From the NCBI GenBank assembly GCA_963779415.1, contig CAVZYA010000001.1, positions 1,024,001-1,088,000 of the forward strand: a stretch of DNA of 64,000 nucleotides, read 5' to 3'. A model generated the notes under the pieces. It was not told where the DNA came from. It saw only the letters and a list, made by a program, of their open reading frames with translations, and searched no databases. Of the stretch, positions 8,484 to 20,932 are shown piece after piece. A program made the position numbers and the translations under genes. The stretch is from an uncultured Acidobacteriota bacterium. Its GTDB lineage: Bacteria > Acidobacteriota > Thermoanaerobaculia > UBA5066. Within the stretch, counting starts at the first letter, position 1. Every line of letters begins with the position of its first letter.

Positions 8484-9437
8484 TCAGACGAAGAGCGAGG
8501 AGACCGATGCGCCCTGGTGAATCCGCTGGATCGCCTCGGCGAGGAGCGGCGCCACGGAGAGAGGGGAGAGGAGCGGGCAGCGCGAGAGCTTCTCGTCGAC
8601 CGGCAAGGTATTGGCGCAGAAGACCTTCTCGATCGAAGAGGCGTTGATCCGGTCGATCGAGGGCCCGGAGAGGACGGGGTGGACGCACCCGGCGAAGATC
8701 CGGTTCGCCCCGGAGTCCTTGAGCGCGATGACCGTGTTGATGAGCGTTCCGGCAGTGTCGATGATGTCATCCACGACGACGACGTTCCGTCCCTTCACGT
8801 CGCCGATGACGTGGAGGACCTCGACCTCGTTCTTCCCCTTCCGCCTCTTGTCCACGATGGCGAGCTGGGCGCCGAGGCGCTTGGCGAAGGCACGCGCCCG
8901 CTCGACGCCTCCGGCGTCCGGCGAGACGACGGTGAGCGGGTCGACGTTCATGTCGCGGATCGCGTCGAGGAGTACGGGCGCCGCAAAAAGATGGTCCACG
9001 GGGATGTTGAAGAAGCCCTGGATCTGCGCTGCGTGCAGGTCGATGCAGAGGGCGCGGTCGGCCCCGGCCGCCGTGACAAGGTCGGCGATCAGCTTCGCGG
9101 TGATCGGGACGCGCGGCTTGTCCTTCCGGTCCTGACGGGCGTAGCCGTAATACGGAAAGACGGCCGTGACGCGCGACGCCGACGACCGTTTGAACGCGTC
9201 GAGCATGATCAGGAGTTCGACGAGGTTCGCATTCACCGGCGGGCACGTGGGCTGGACGATGAAGACGTCCGCGCCGCGGACGTTCTCCTCGATCTGGCAG
9301 TAGTTCTCGCCGTCGGAGAAGTTGTAGAGCGTGACGCGGCCGGCCTCACGCCCGAGGTTCCGGCAGATTTCCGCCGTCAGCGCCGGGTGCGCCCGCCCGC
9401 CGAAGACCTTCAGGTCACCGTAAGCGAAGCCGTCCAT
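8484..9437 (-). CDS. prs: Ribose-phosphate pyrophosphokinase
   Basis: FSDGE, PYYGYARQDRK, DLHAAQIQGFF, VVSPDAGGVERA, VDDIIDTAGT. Confidence 0.98.
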   Translation of the reverse strand: MDGFAYGDLKVFGGRAHPALTAEICRNLGREAGRVTLYNFSDGENYCQIEENVRGADVFIVQPTCPPVNANLVELLIMLDAFKRSSASRVTAVFPYYGYARQDRKDKPRVPITAKLIADLVTAAGADRALCIDLHAAQIQGFFNIPVDHLFAAPVLLDAIRDMNVDPLTVVSPDAGGVERARAFAKRLGAQLAIVDKRRKGKNEVEVLHVIGDVKGRNVVVVDDIIDTAGTLINTVIALKDSGANRIFAGCVHPVLSGPSIDRINASSIEKVFCANTLPVDEKLSRCPLLSPLSVAPLLAEAIQRIHQGASVSSLFV

Positions 9438-9458
9438 CGCGCCCCTCCTCGACGAGTG

Positions 9459-9533
9459 TGGCTGGGGAGGGAGGATTCGAACCTCCGAATGGCGGTTCCA
9501 AAGACCGCTGACTTACCGCTTGTCGACTCCCCA
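9459..9533 (-). tRNA. tRNA-Gln (anticodon TTG), CCA encoded
   Basis: TGGGGAG acceptor stem, anticodon arm GCGGT-CT-TTG-GA-ACCGC, GGTTCGAATCC T-arm, 3' GCCA; canonical ispE-tRNA-Gln-prs position. Confidence 0.97.
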
Positions 9534-9547
9534 CCGCTTTTCGAATC

Positions 9548-10429
9548 TTACGGCTTTAGGCTTTCCGGTTCATTCCCGGCCGAGGGGAGCGCCCGTCGGC
9601 GCCATTCGGCACGCGAGAGCGTTCTCGTGACGAGGGCACGGACGCCTTCCTTCCTGCCGAGCGCGAGGGCCGCCGCACGCGCCTCCGCTTCGCCCGGGAA
9701 GAGTCCGAAGACCGTGGAGCCGCTCCCCGAGAGGCGCGCCGAGACCGCTCCGTGCGAGAGGAGCGCCGAGCGGAGCAGGGAAAGCTCCGGTCTCAACCGC
9801 TCGGCCGCCGGCTCGAGGTCGTTCCGGTCGGGCATCGCGGAGGAGTCCGCGAGGAGCGGCGGAGGATCCGGCGCCGGGCCGGCGGCGAGCGCACGGTAGA
9901 CCTCCGGAGTCGCCATGCCGAACGGTGGCAGAAAGAGGACGAGGCATTCGGAGGCCCGATCCGGGAGTGGCTCGATCCTCTCTCCCCGGCCGGTGCCGCG
10001 GGCCCTTCCGCCAAAAAGGAAGAACGGGACGTCCGATCCGACCGTCGCCGCGATCGCCCAGAGATCGTCCGCGCTCCTTTCGAGTCGCCAGAGCGCGTTC
10101 AGGCCGAGGAGCGTCGCCGCCGCGTCGGCGCTCCCCCCTCCGAGCCCGGCGCCGACCGGAATCCTCTTCCAGAGCCGGATCCGGGCGCCGCGGACGACGC
10201 CGGCGTGCTCCGAAAGAGCGTGCGCCGCACGGACGATGAGGTTCTCGCCCCCTTCCGGAAGGTCGATCCCCCCGGCCGAGAGCGAGAGAGATCGGTCCTC
10301 CTCGAAGCGGATCTCGTCGGAGAGGTCGATCGTCTGGAAGAGGGTGTCGATCTCGTGATAGCCGTCGGGACGGCGTCCGAGGACGACGAGCGAGCGGTTC
10401 ACCTTGGCGAAGGCCTCGAGCGCGATCAC
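9548..10429 (-). CDS. ispE: 4-diphosphocytidyl-2-C-methyl-D-erythritol kinase
   Basis: AFAKVN..RPDGYHEI, KRIPVGAGLGGGSADAA, GSDVPFF, LSGSGSTVF; GTG 10429 overlaps the upstream TGA. Confidence 0.96.
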   Translation of the reverse strand: MIALEAFAKVNRSLVVLGRRPDGYHEIDTLFQTIDLSDEIRFEEDRSLSLSAGGIDLPEGGENLIVRAAHALSEHAGVVRGARIRLWKRIPVGAGLGGGSADAAATLLGLNALWRLERSADDLWAIAATVGSDVPFFLFGGRARGTGRGERIEPLPDRASECLVLFLPPFGMATPEVYRALAAGPAPDPPPLLADSSAMPDRNDLEPAAERLRPELSLLRSALLSHGAVSARLSGSGSTVFGLFPGEAEARAAALALGRKEGVRALVTRTLSRAEWRRRALPSAGNEPESLKP

Positions 10430-11076
10430 GAGGCCGCCCCTGACGGTGCCGGCTCGTCCGCCGGCCACTCCGCCCAGCTCTCGAGGACGAGCGTCGCCCT
10501 CCCGCGCGGCCCTTTCGCCGAGAGCCGGAGCGGAAAAGGCGCCGCGCCCTCGAGCGTCACGCGCGTCCCGCCCGGAAAGACGAGGGCCGTCACCGTCCCG
10601 TCCGGCAGAAGGAACGCCTTTCGCCCCGCGTCATCGAGCGAGAGCCGGATCTCCCTCCCGATCCGGTCGACGGGGCGGCCGGCGGCCGGGAGATCGAGGA
10701 CGCCGAGAAGCGCACCGACGACGTCCGCCGAGGTCAGACCCGAGGGGAAGGGAGACGCCTCTCCCGCCGGCTCGGCGCTCAAGACGAGCCTCCCCTCGCG
10801 CCCGCTTCCGGCGAGCGGCGCCGAGGCCTTCCAGACGAGCGTCGTCCCGTCCCAGAAGACGGTCAGGTACCCGCGCATCGTGGCGCCGATCTTCGGAGCG
10901 GCCTCTCCCCTGAAGAGGGCCTTGAGCCTCCGGGGTGCGTATGCGGCGGCGCGCCGGGCGTCCCACGCCTTCACGACGGCCGACGCCTCTTCCACAGAAA
11001 GAGGAACGGGAGGCGGTACCGTCGCGCAGGCGGCGAGGAGCGCCAGAACGAGGCCGAGGGCGGCCGCCCGCCTCAC
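10426..11076 (-). CDS. Putative lipoprotein at the lolB locus
   Basis: GTG 11076 (GTGA overlap); signal [17 protein letters not shown] with lipobox; beta-rich mature part; lies between the TPR gene and ispE. Confidence 0.7.
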   Translation of the reverse strand: MRRAAALGLVLALLAACATVPPPVPLSVEEASAVVKAWDARRAAAYAPRRLKALFRGEAAPKIGATMRGYLTVFWDGTTLVWKASAPLAGSGREGRLVLSAEPAGEASPFPSGLTSADVVGALLGVLDLPAAGRPVDRIGREIRLSLDDAGRKAFLLPDGTVTALVFPGGTRVTLEGAAPFPLRLSAKGPRGRATLVLESWAEWPADEPAPSGAAS

Positions 11077-13053
11077 TTCGGTTCGCGCGCGTCCGCGACG
11101 GGCTCGGTGCGGCGGAGCTTCTCGTTGAGCTTGTTCACGCCATCTTCCGGCTTCAGGGTCAGCGCCTTCTTCCAGTGCGTTCGCGCCCCCGCGACGTCGC
11201 CTTTCTTCTCGCAGAGGTCCCCGAGATGCTCTTCGATCGTCGCGTCGTCGGGCGTCAGCTCCGACGCCTCCTTGAGGTTCTTTTCCGCGAGGTCGAGCTG
11301 GCCGAGCTGGTAATAGGCCCACCCGAGCGAGTCGAGGTACGCGCCGTTACCGGGGTCCAGCTCCACGGCCTTCTTGATCAGGTCGAGGGCGCGCGGGAGG
11401 TTCTCCCCGCGCTCGGCCCACATGTAGCCGAGGTAGTTGAGGCCGGGGGCGTGGTCGGCCCGGACCTGGAGAAGCCGCTCGAAGACGGCCACGGACTCCG
11501 CGGTCTTCTTCTCTCGTTCCAGCGAGGCGGCGAGCCGGAAGAGAAGATCCGGGTCTTCGCGGTAGGTCTCGAGGGCCGTGCGGGCCGTGTCGGCCGCCTT
11601 TCCGAACTTCTCGAGGCGCTGCCACGCGTCGGCGGCGGCCAGGGCGCCTTCGCGGCTCTCAGCGGCGAGGGCTCCGAGCCGTCTTTCCCCTTCGGCCTTA
11701 TCGGTGGCCGAAGACGAGCGACAGAGAAACTCCGCGAGCGTCGCGCGGACGACCGGGGACTTGCTCTTTTCGGCCGCCTCGCGGGAGACCTTCAGGCCGT
11801 CGGCCGGCCGGTCGCGGTCACGCGCGATCTGGACGAGGAGGTTGAACGCCTGCTGGTTGAGCCCCTCGGCGTCCACGAGGTGGGGCGAGACGGCCGCCAC
11901 GGCGGCGTCGTAGTCCTTCCGGAGGAACGCGATGTAGCCGAGCTGCCCGTCCACCTCCGAGAGCTCGGGCCCCTTCGTCTTCCGCTTGACGAGGGTCTCG
12001 CGAAGATCGCGGAGGATCTTTTCGGCCTCGTCGAGCCGCCGCGCCTCGACGAAGTTGACGGCGCGGCGGAACGGAACATCCGGGTCGTCCGGGTCGAGAG
12101 CCTGAAGCTTCCGGAGCAGCTCGTCCGCCCGGTCGATCTCGCGCGTTTCCGACAGGAGCCCCGCATAGAGGCGAAGGGCCTCGCGGTTTCCGGGATCGGC
12201 GGCGAGGACCTGGTCGAGGACCTTGCGCGCGTCGTCGAAGCGCCGGGCCCGGAGGAGGAGCGACGCGTATTGCACCTTCAGCCCGAGGTTCGTCGGCTGC
12301 GCCTTCAGATAGCGCTGGACGAGCGGAATGGCCCGGTCCCACTGGCGCGAGCGCTCGTAGACCCGGAGAAGCCCCAGCGACGCGGCACGGTTCTCCGGGT
12401 CCATCCGGAGGACCGCCTGGAAGACCTCCTCCGCATCCCCGAAGCGGCCGCTCTTCTCCAGCGCCTCGCCGTAGAGAAGGGGAATCGCCGGCCCGTGGGC
12501 CCGGTCGAGCACCCGCTCGAGGACGGTGACCGCCTCCTGCGGCTTCTCCTGCTTGAGGAGGACCTGCGCGTAGGCCAGGGCGCCGGACGGCTCTCCCGGC
12601 CGGGCTTCGTTCGCCTTTCGGAGCGCCGTCGCGGCTTCCTCGATCGACTCCGGGCTCTTGGCGTTCAGGAGGAGGATCTGGCCCAGGACCCGCTGGACAT
12701 AGGGGTCGTCCGGCGAGAGTTCCGCCGCCTTGCGGGCTTCCTTCTCCGCATCCGCCGGAATCGAGAGGTCCCGGAGCAGCTCGGCGAACTCCGCATGGAG
12801 GGTCGCGTCGGAAGGGTCCAGCTCGATGGCTTTCCGGAAGGCCTTCACCGCGGCCTCGAACTCCATCTCCTGCGCATGGAGGCGCCCCAGGAGGTACCAG
12901 TCCACCGCATCGCGCCGCCGCGCCTCGGCGGGCGTGAGGGCCGGTTTCGCCTCCGTGCCCGCGTCCTTGTTTGCCTCCTTGGGCGTGTCGGCCGTCAGGG
13001 CCGGCGCCAGCAGAAGGAACGGAAGAAGGAGGAGAGAGCCGTCGAATTGTCAT
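11073..13053 (-). CDS. Exported TPR-repeat protein (1-nt frameshift near 13035, in the signal peptide)
   Basis: Many TPRs with C-terminal [26 protein letters not shown] 13053 is one base out of frame with the hydrophobic [15 protein letters not shown] segment. Confidence 0.88.
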
Positions 13054-13096
13054 CGTATCGAGGATACCGCGCAAGAACCGCGCCCGGATTCAGAAC

Positions 13097-14804
<1,708 letters not shown>

Positions 14805-14899
14805 GTCAGGGATTCTAAGCGACCGGCGGGACGAGACGATGTCTCAGAAAGTCGCCTGCCGGGCGTCGAGGAGCGACCGGACGGACGGCGGCGTACCCA

Positions 14900-17855
14900 T
14901 CAGCGCGCGGCGGGGCCCATCGTGCGGTCGAGCCAGGCGTTCACGGCGGGTACGAGGACCTCGGCGGGCGGAATGTGCCCGCCGTCGAGAGCTGAAGGTG
15001 CTTCGGCTCGGAGAGGAGCTTGAACAAAGGCTCGGCTTCGGTCTTGAACGCGAAGTCTTCGTCCCAGCGGCCGTTCAGCATGAGCTTCGGCGGGCGGACG
15101 TGCGGCGCGAAGTTCACCGGGTTTGCCTCGGCGATCCACTTCGCCTGGTCCGGATAGACGCCGTCCGCGACGAAGACGACGCTCCGGTAGCGCGACTCCA
15201 CCGCGGCGAAGATGATCCCCTGCCAGCTGATGCTGGCGTTCATGAACGCGATGCGGGATCCGTCGACGTCCTTCCGCGTCAGGAGGTAGTCGACGCCCCG
15301 CCGGATGTCGACGGACTCCGCGACCGCCCTCTGCCGGAACGCGACCGAGTCCCCGTCGGGACGCCGATACCCATTGGGCCACTCGCGACCGGGATAGCCC
15401 GGAAGGTCCACGACGAAGATCGCCCGTCCGGCTTTCACGAGCGGAGCGATCGGTCGCTCTCGACGACCGTGCTCACGGCCGTCCCCGAGTAGACGATCGA
15501 TGAGAGGACGAAATGGATCACCTGGTAAGGAGGCCGCGCGTTCTTCGGGAGGTAGAGCCACCCGCCGATGCGCGCCCCTCCCGCCCCGGCGAAGGTCACG
15601 CGTTCGCGCGTCCAGTCGGGCGTCTCGACCCGCTCCTCCACCCTCCCCTCGGGCAGCACGCGGTCGTAACGGTAGTGCGCGAGCCACGCTTCGAACTGCG
15701 CGCGGCTCGACCGCAGGTACGTCGGAGCCTGCTCGGCGCGCGAGATCGGTGCGTCGCCCTCTTCTCCCGCCGAACCGGGTACCGCGAGCGCGCATCGGAG
15801 GCCCAGGCGTTCCGAGCTCGCGAGTCCGGGGTAGATCCCGTAGTCGCCGAAGACGTACGACGGGTCCGTGAAGGCGCCTCCCGCCGTCACACGGCCGTCC
15901 GGTGCGGCGTTGCGCGTCCACTCGGAGACATTGCCCGCCATGTGGTAGCAGCCGTATGGGCTCATCCCCGCCGCGCCCCGCCGCACGGGGACAGTGCCCT
16001 TGCCGTCGAAGTTGGCGCGCGGGTCCGCGCCGCGCTCGAGGCCCCACGGCATCACGGTATCTCCGGTGAACACGAAAACGCCGTCGCGCGCCGCCTTCTC
16101 CCACTGGAAGATCGTCGGAGATTCTTCCCGCGGAAGCGCGCGTAGGCATTCGCTTCGTACCACGACACGCCCGTCACCGGATGGTCGGCCACCCTTGGGG
16201 AAGGTCCCCCCCGTCCAGCTCGCGCCGCTCGGCGGCCCCGAGAGGTCCACGAGCCCGCGGACCCCTCCTCCCCCCGAGGGCGCGGCCGCGTCCTCGAACG
16301 GCTGCGTCGAGAGATCGCGAACCGATATCCGCCCGGCGCGACGAAGCCGGCGTAGTCACGGTTGCTCACCTCGTACCGGTCGATAAAGTACTCGCGCAGT
16401 GGGACGCGAGCGGCGGTAGGCTGACGGCAGCCGACGAGCTTGCACCCCCTCCGGCACGACGCGATGTCGGCCGGAGCCGGTCCCCGCCTTTCGCAGAGTC
16501 CACGTCACGGAAATCGCCGTCTTGAAGTCGTTTGGATTCGACCGGGCGAGGGGTCGAGGTGTTCGCTCGAAGCGTACCCCTCCCGGCCGAGAAGCGGGGC
16601 GAAGTCGCGGCGGCAGTCGCCGCGTCCTTCAGAGGCGTAAGGCCCAGATCCTGCGGCGCACCCGGCTCGGCCCCCTGCGCCGCCTCGTACCGCCGGAGGT
16701 AGACGCGCGCACCGGGCGGGTCCGTGGTGACGAAAGTACGTCCGTGACCTCAGGGAGGAGGACAGCGAGCTTGGCGTCACGGGGAGTTAGCCGCGTCCGC
16801 GCGGGCTGAGGTCGAACGCTTCGGCCGACCGGCCCAGGTCGCGAGACAGGCGGCGGAGGACGGCCTCCTCGGCCCAGCGGGGCGCGAGTGCCGCAGCCAG
16901 AGCAGCGCCCCCGCTTGGCGGCGGCGACGACAAGCGCGAGGAGCGCGAAACGCGCGGGGCGGGAGAGCGTCAGGCCGCCTCCGCGCACGAGCCGCGACCG
17001 GAAGCCGAGCTCGCCCCGCGCCGATTCGAGCGCGGCGGCCATGGGAGCGGTCTCCCAGCGCTCCTCCGGCGCCTTGCGGAGCGCGCGGCGGACGATCGCC
17101 TCCGTCTCCGCCGGAACGCTCCCGACCTCGGGGCGGAGCGCCGGCGGCTCCGTGGTCAGGATGCGCGAGGCCGTCTCGGCCACGCTCGGTGCGTCGAAGG
17201 GACGGCGGCCCGCGAGGAGCTCGTAGAGGAGCGACGCCGAGCGAGAAGACGTCGCTGCCGGGCGTCGACGCCGGCTCGCCGCGGCGCTGCTCGGGCGACA
17301 TGTAAGGGACCGTCCCGAGGACGAGGCCGCCGGTGCGTGAGGGCGGCCCGCAGGTCGGCGCCTCGGCCCCGGCCGCCGCCCAGGGAACCTTCGCGAGGCC
17401 GAAGTCGAGGAGCTTCACCAGGCCGTCGCGCGCCGACGAAGACGTTCTCGGGCTTGACGTCGCGGTGGACGATGCCTTTCGCATGCGCCGCCGCGAGCCC
17501 GCGCGCCGACCTGCGCGGCCGTGTCGAGGGCCTCCCGCGGCGGCACTCTTCCGTGCCGGAGTCGCTCGCGCAGGGTCGCCCCCCGAGCAGCTCGTCGACG
17601 ACGTACAATCGGGCCTTCACGCCCCACGTCGTAGACGGCGGCGATGATCGGGAGGTTGAGCGCCGCCGCGTCGCGGGCCTCGGCTCGAAGCGCTCGAGCC
17701 GCTCGGCGTCTCCCGATACATCGTCCGGGAGAACTTGAGCGCGACCTCGCGGCCGAGGCGCGGGTCCCGGGCGCGGTACACGACACCATCCCGCCCGCGC
17801 CGAGAACCGTAACGATCTCGTACGGCCCCAGCTTTGAGCCCACCGAAAGCGGCAC
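14900..17855 (-). CDS. Ser/Thr protein kinase + FGE/SUMF1 domain + alpha/beta-hydrolase fusion (multiple frameshifts)
   Basis: Fragments in order: [38 protein letters not shown]; [31 protein letters not shown]; hydrolase tail [13 protein letters not shown]. Confidence 0.85.
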
Positions 17856-17887
17856 GCCGGACAGATTATAGGCCGCAGGCCGGGTCG

Positions 17888-19174
17888 TCAGAACGGGGGC
17901 GTCTGCCGGGCCTGCAGCTCCGCGACGCGTGGCGGCGGCGAAGGAGGGCGAGCCGTCCCTTCCGGACCCCGACCTCGGCCGGCCACTCGTGCGACAGAAA
18001 GAGCGGCATCGACTCGGTGAAGCCATACGCTCCGGCTTTCTCGAAGGCGAGAAGGTCTCCGCGCGAAGGGAGCGGGAGGCGGGCGGACGCGGTGGAGGAC
18101 GTCGAGAGAGGTACAGAGGGGACCGGAGACGACCAGGGGTTTCCTAGAAGGTGAAGACGGTCGCGGGCGCCGGCCGTCTTCTTCCGGGACGAGCCTCACG
18201 CGGTGGGGCGTCCCGATGAGGACGGGGCGGAGGAAGTGGTGGATCCCTCCGTCGACGAGAACGTACTCCGCGCCGCGGCTCCGCTTCGTTCCGAGAACTC
18301 TGACGACGTACGTGCCGCTCTCGGCCACGAGAAATCGCCCGGGCTCGAAGACGAGGCGGGTCGACTCGGGAAGGCCGTTCGCGCGCGCCTCCCTGGCAAC
18401 CGCTCTCAGCCCCTTTCTCAGAACTCCGAGGTCGAGCGGGCTTCTCGCCATCGGCGTACGGGACGCCGAAGCCTCCGCCGAAATCGACGGAACGGAGGGG
18501 GACCGAGAATCTCTTCGAAAGCGAGAGAGCCAGAGAGAGGACGCGCCCGGTGTTTTCGACGAACAGCTCCGCGTCGAGGACGTTCGAGGCGTTGAAGACC
18601 TGAAACGCGCAGAGGTCGAGATGCGGGAAGGCCCCCCGGTCTCTCTTCAGTTCGAAGAACTCTCGCGGCGCTCGCGAGGTCGAAGCCGAACTTCCCGGCG
18701 CCCGGCCCCCCGATGATGACCCGCTTCTCCGCGATCCCCCAGGGGGGATTCAGCCGGAGGCCGACCTTCACGCGGCGCCGAAGTCGCCGCGCGACCTGCT
18801 CCAGCGCCTCCAGCTCCCACTCCCCTTCGGCATGGATGATCGACACCCCGGCACGGACGAGCGCCCCAAGATCGGCTTCGCTCTTCGCCGGGCCCGTGGA
18901 GAGGATCTTCGAAGCGGGAAATCCGGCCCGGCGAGCGGCCAGCAGCTCGCCCCGGGATGCGACGTCCGAAGAGAGACCGAATCTGCTCAGAAAGGAAAGG
19001 AACGCCGAGAGAAGGGTTCGCCTTGACCGCGTACGCAATCTCGAAGCGGCGGCCGACAGCGTGTTTGAGACGAGCGACCTGTCTCTCAATGACTTCGAAA
19101 TCGTAGAGATAAAACGGCGTCCCGAAACGCTCCGCCGCAAGACGGAGAAGGCGGGCAGGGGGAAGTTCATTCAT
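17888..19174 (-). CDS. lysA: Diaminopimelate decarboxylase-like PLP enzyme, fold III (frameshifted)
   Basis: GTPFYLYD, YAVKANP, DVASRGEL, TGPAKS, GKFG, FEPGRFLV, GPLCTSLD, AYG..FLSH; last gene of the dap operon. Confidence 0.8.
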
Positions 19175-19229
19175 CCTTCGAAGCACGCGCGGCGGAACGC
19201 CGCGCGCCAAATCCTTTCTCGATTCCCTC

Positions 19230-19997
19230 TCATCGAAGCGCCCCTTCCAGCGTCGTTTTCGCGTCGGTCTTTTCGTCGCGGTACTTGACGATGACCGCGG
19301 CCGAGAGCGAGAGGCCCCTCTCCTTCGCCCACGTCCCCGGCGCCGGGCGCGCGCCGGGGACGACGACGGCCCCCTCGGGAATCTCGAGCGGCGAGCCGGC
19401 CGAAGAGCGGAGCTCCCGCTCCTTCACGAGGTCGAAGACCGCCGTCGAGCCGGTCAGGATCACCCCCGACGCGAGGACCGCCCGGCGCCTCACGCAGACG
19501 CCTTCGTAGATCCCGACGCCGCCGCCGACGAAGACGTCGTCCTCGATCACGACGGGGACGGCGCCCACCGGCTCGAGAACTCCCCCCACCTGTGAGGCCG
19601 CCGAGAGGTGGACGCGCTTCCCGATCTGCGCGCACGAGCCGACGAGGGCGTGGCTGTCGATCATCGATCCCTCGTCGACGTACGCGCCGACGTTGATGTA
19701 CGCGGGGGGCATGACGACGACCCCTTTCGCGACGAAGGCGCCGCGGCGAATGGCGGTCCCGCCCGGGACGACGCGGACTCCTTCGGGAAGGGGCCGACGC
19801 GGCGGGAGCGTGTCGCGATCCCGGAACGAGAGCGGCCCCGCGATCAGCTCCACGTCGGCCCCGATGCGAAAGGCGGCGAGGATTCCCTCCTTGACCTCCC
19901 GGTTCGGGACCCAGCGCCCCGACGCGTCCTTCTTCGCCGCACGTACCTCGCCCGCCTCGAGCGCCTCGAGAAGGGCGAGCACTTCGTCCCGCGTCAT
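19230..19997 (-). CDS. dapD: Tetrahydrodipicolinate N-succinyltransferase
   Basis: GVRVVPGG..INVGAYVD..VGSCAQIG..GGVLEP..IVKYRD. Confidence 0.95.
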   Translation of the reverse strand: MTRDEVLALLEALEAGEVRAAKKDASGRWVPNREVKEGILAAFRIGADVELIAGPLSFRDRDTLPPRRPLPEGVRVVPGGTAIRRGAFVAKGVVVMPPAYINVGAYVDEGSMIDSHALVGSCAQIGKRVHLSAASQVGGVLEPVGAVPVVIEDDVFVGGGVGIYEGVCVRRRAVLASGVILTGSTAVFDLVKERELRSSAGSPLEIPEGAVVVPGARPAPGTWAKERGLSLSAAVIVKYRDEKTDAKTTLEGALR

Positions 19998-20932
19998 GGC
20001 GCTCCCTCCGTCGGCTTCCCGTCGGCGTCGAGGAGCCCGGCGATCCGGAGCGCTTCCTCCATCGCCGCATGATGCGACGCCGAGAGCGCGACGAGCGGAA
20101 GCCGGAGCGCCCCGCCGCAGACGCCGAGGCGCTTCATCGCCCACTTGACCGGGATCGGGTTCGACTCGCGGAAGTTCGCGCGCATGAGCGGGAAGAGCTT
20201 CGCCTGGAGGGCGGCCGCACGGCCGCGGTCGCCCGCGAGCCCGGCCGCGACGAGCTCGGACGTCGAGCGGGGCGCCTCGTTCGACACGACGGCGATCAGG
20301 CCGTCGGCCCCGCACGCGATCATCGGGAGGGCGAGCGAGTCTTCGCCCGAAAGGACGGCGAAACCGGCGGGTCGGGAGCGGAGGATCTCGCAGGCCTGGT
20401 CGAGGCTGAGCGAGGCTTCCTTCACGGCGGAGAAGCGCGGGTCCTCGGCGAGCGCGAGAACGGTCTCAGCGAGCATGTTCACCCCCGTCCGCCCCGGTAC
20501 GTTGTAGAGGACGATCGAAAGCTCTCCCGCGTCGGCCACCGCGCGGAAGTGCTCGATCAGCCCCTTCTGTGTCGGCTTGTTGTAGTAGGGGGTCACGACG
20601 AGAAGAGCGTCCGCGCCCGCCTTTGCGCACCGCTTCGCGAGCCTCTGCGCTTTCTTCGTGTCGTTCGACCCGCACCCGGCGATGACGCGGACGGGGCGGG
20701 GCGCGCGGCGCGCTTCGTCGGCCACGACGGCCACGACCCGCTCGTGCTCGTCCGGGTCGAGCGTGACCGCTTCGCCCGTCGTTCCGCACGGGACGAGCCC
20801 CTGGACGCCCCCCTCGATCTGGCGTCGGACCAGCCTCCGGAGGGCGAACTCGTCCACCTCCCCCGCTTCCGTGAAGGGCGTGATGAGTGCCGTGAAGGTG
20901 CCGGAGAGTCTCGAGGCCGGCGTCGTCGTCAT
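19994..20932 (-). CDS. dapA: 4-hydroxy-tetrahydrodipicolinate synthase
   Basis: TALITPF, CGTTGEA, VTPYYNKPTQ, LYNVPGRTG, AVKEAS, NPIPVK. Confidence 0.97.
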   Translation of the reverse strand: MTTTPASRLSGTFTALITPFTEAGEVDEFALRRLVRRQIEGGVQGLVPCGTTGEAVTLDPDEHERVVAVVADEARRAPRPVRVIAGCGSNDTKKAQRLAKRCAKAGADALLVVTPYYNKPTQKGLIEHFRAVADAGELSIVLYNVPGRTGVNMLAETVLALAEDPRFSAVKEASLSLDQACEILRSRPAGFAVLSGEDSLALPMIACGADGLIAVVSNEAPRSTSELVAAGLAGDRGRAAALQAKLFPLMRANFRESNPIPVKWAMKRLGVCGGALRLPLVALSASHHAAMEEALRIAGLLDADGKPTEGAP

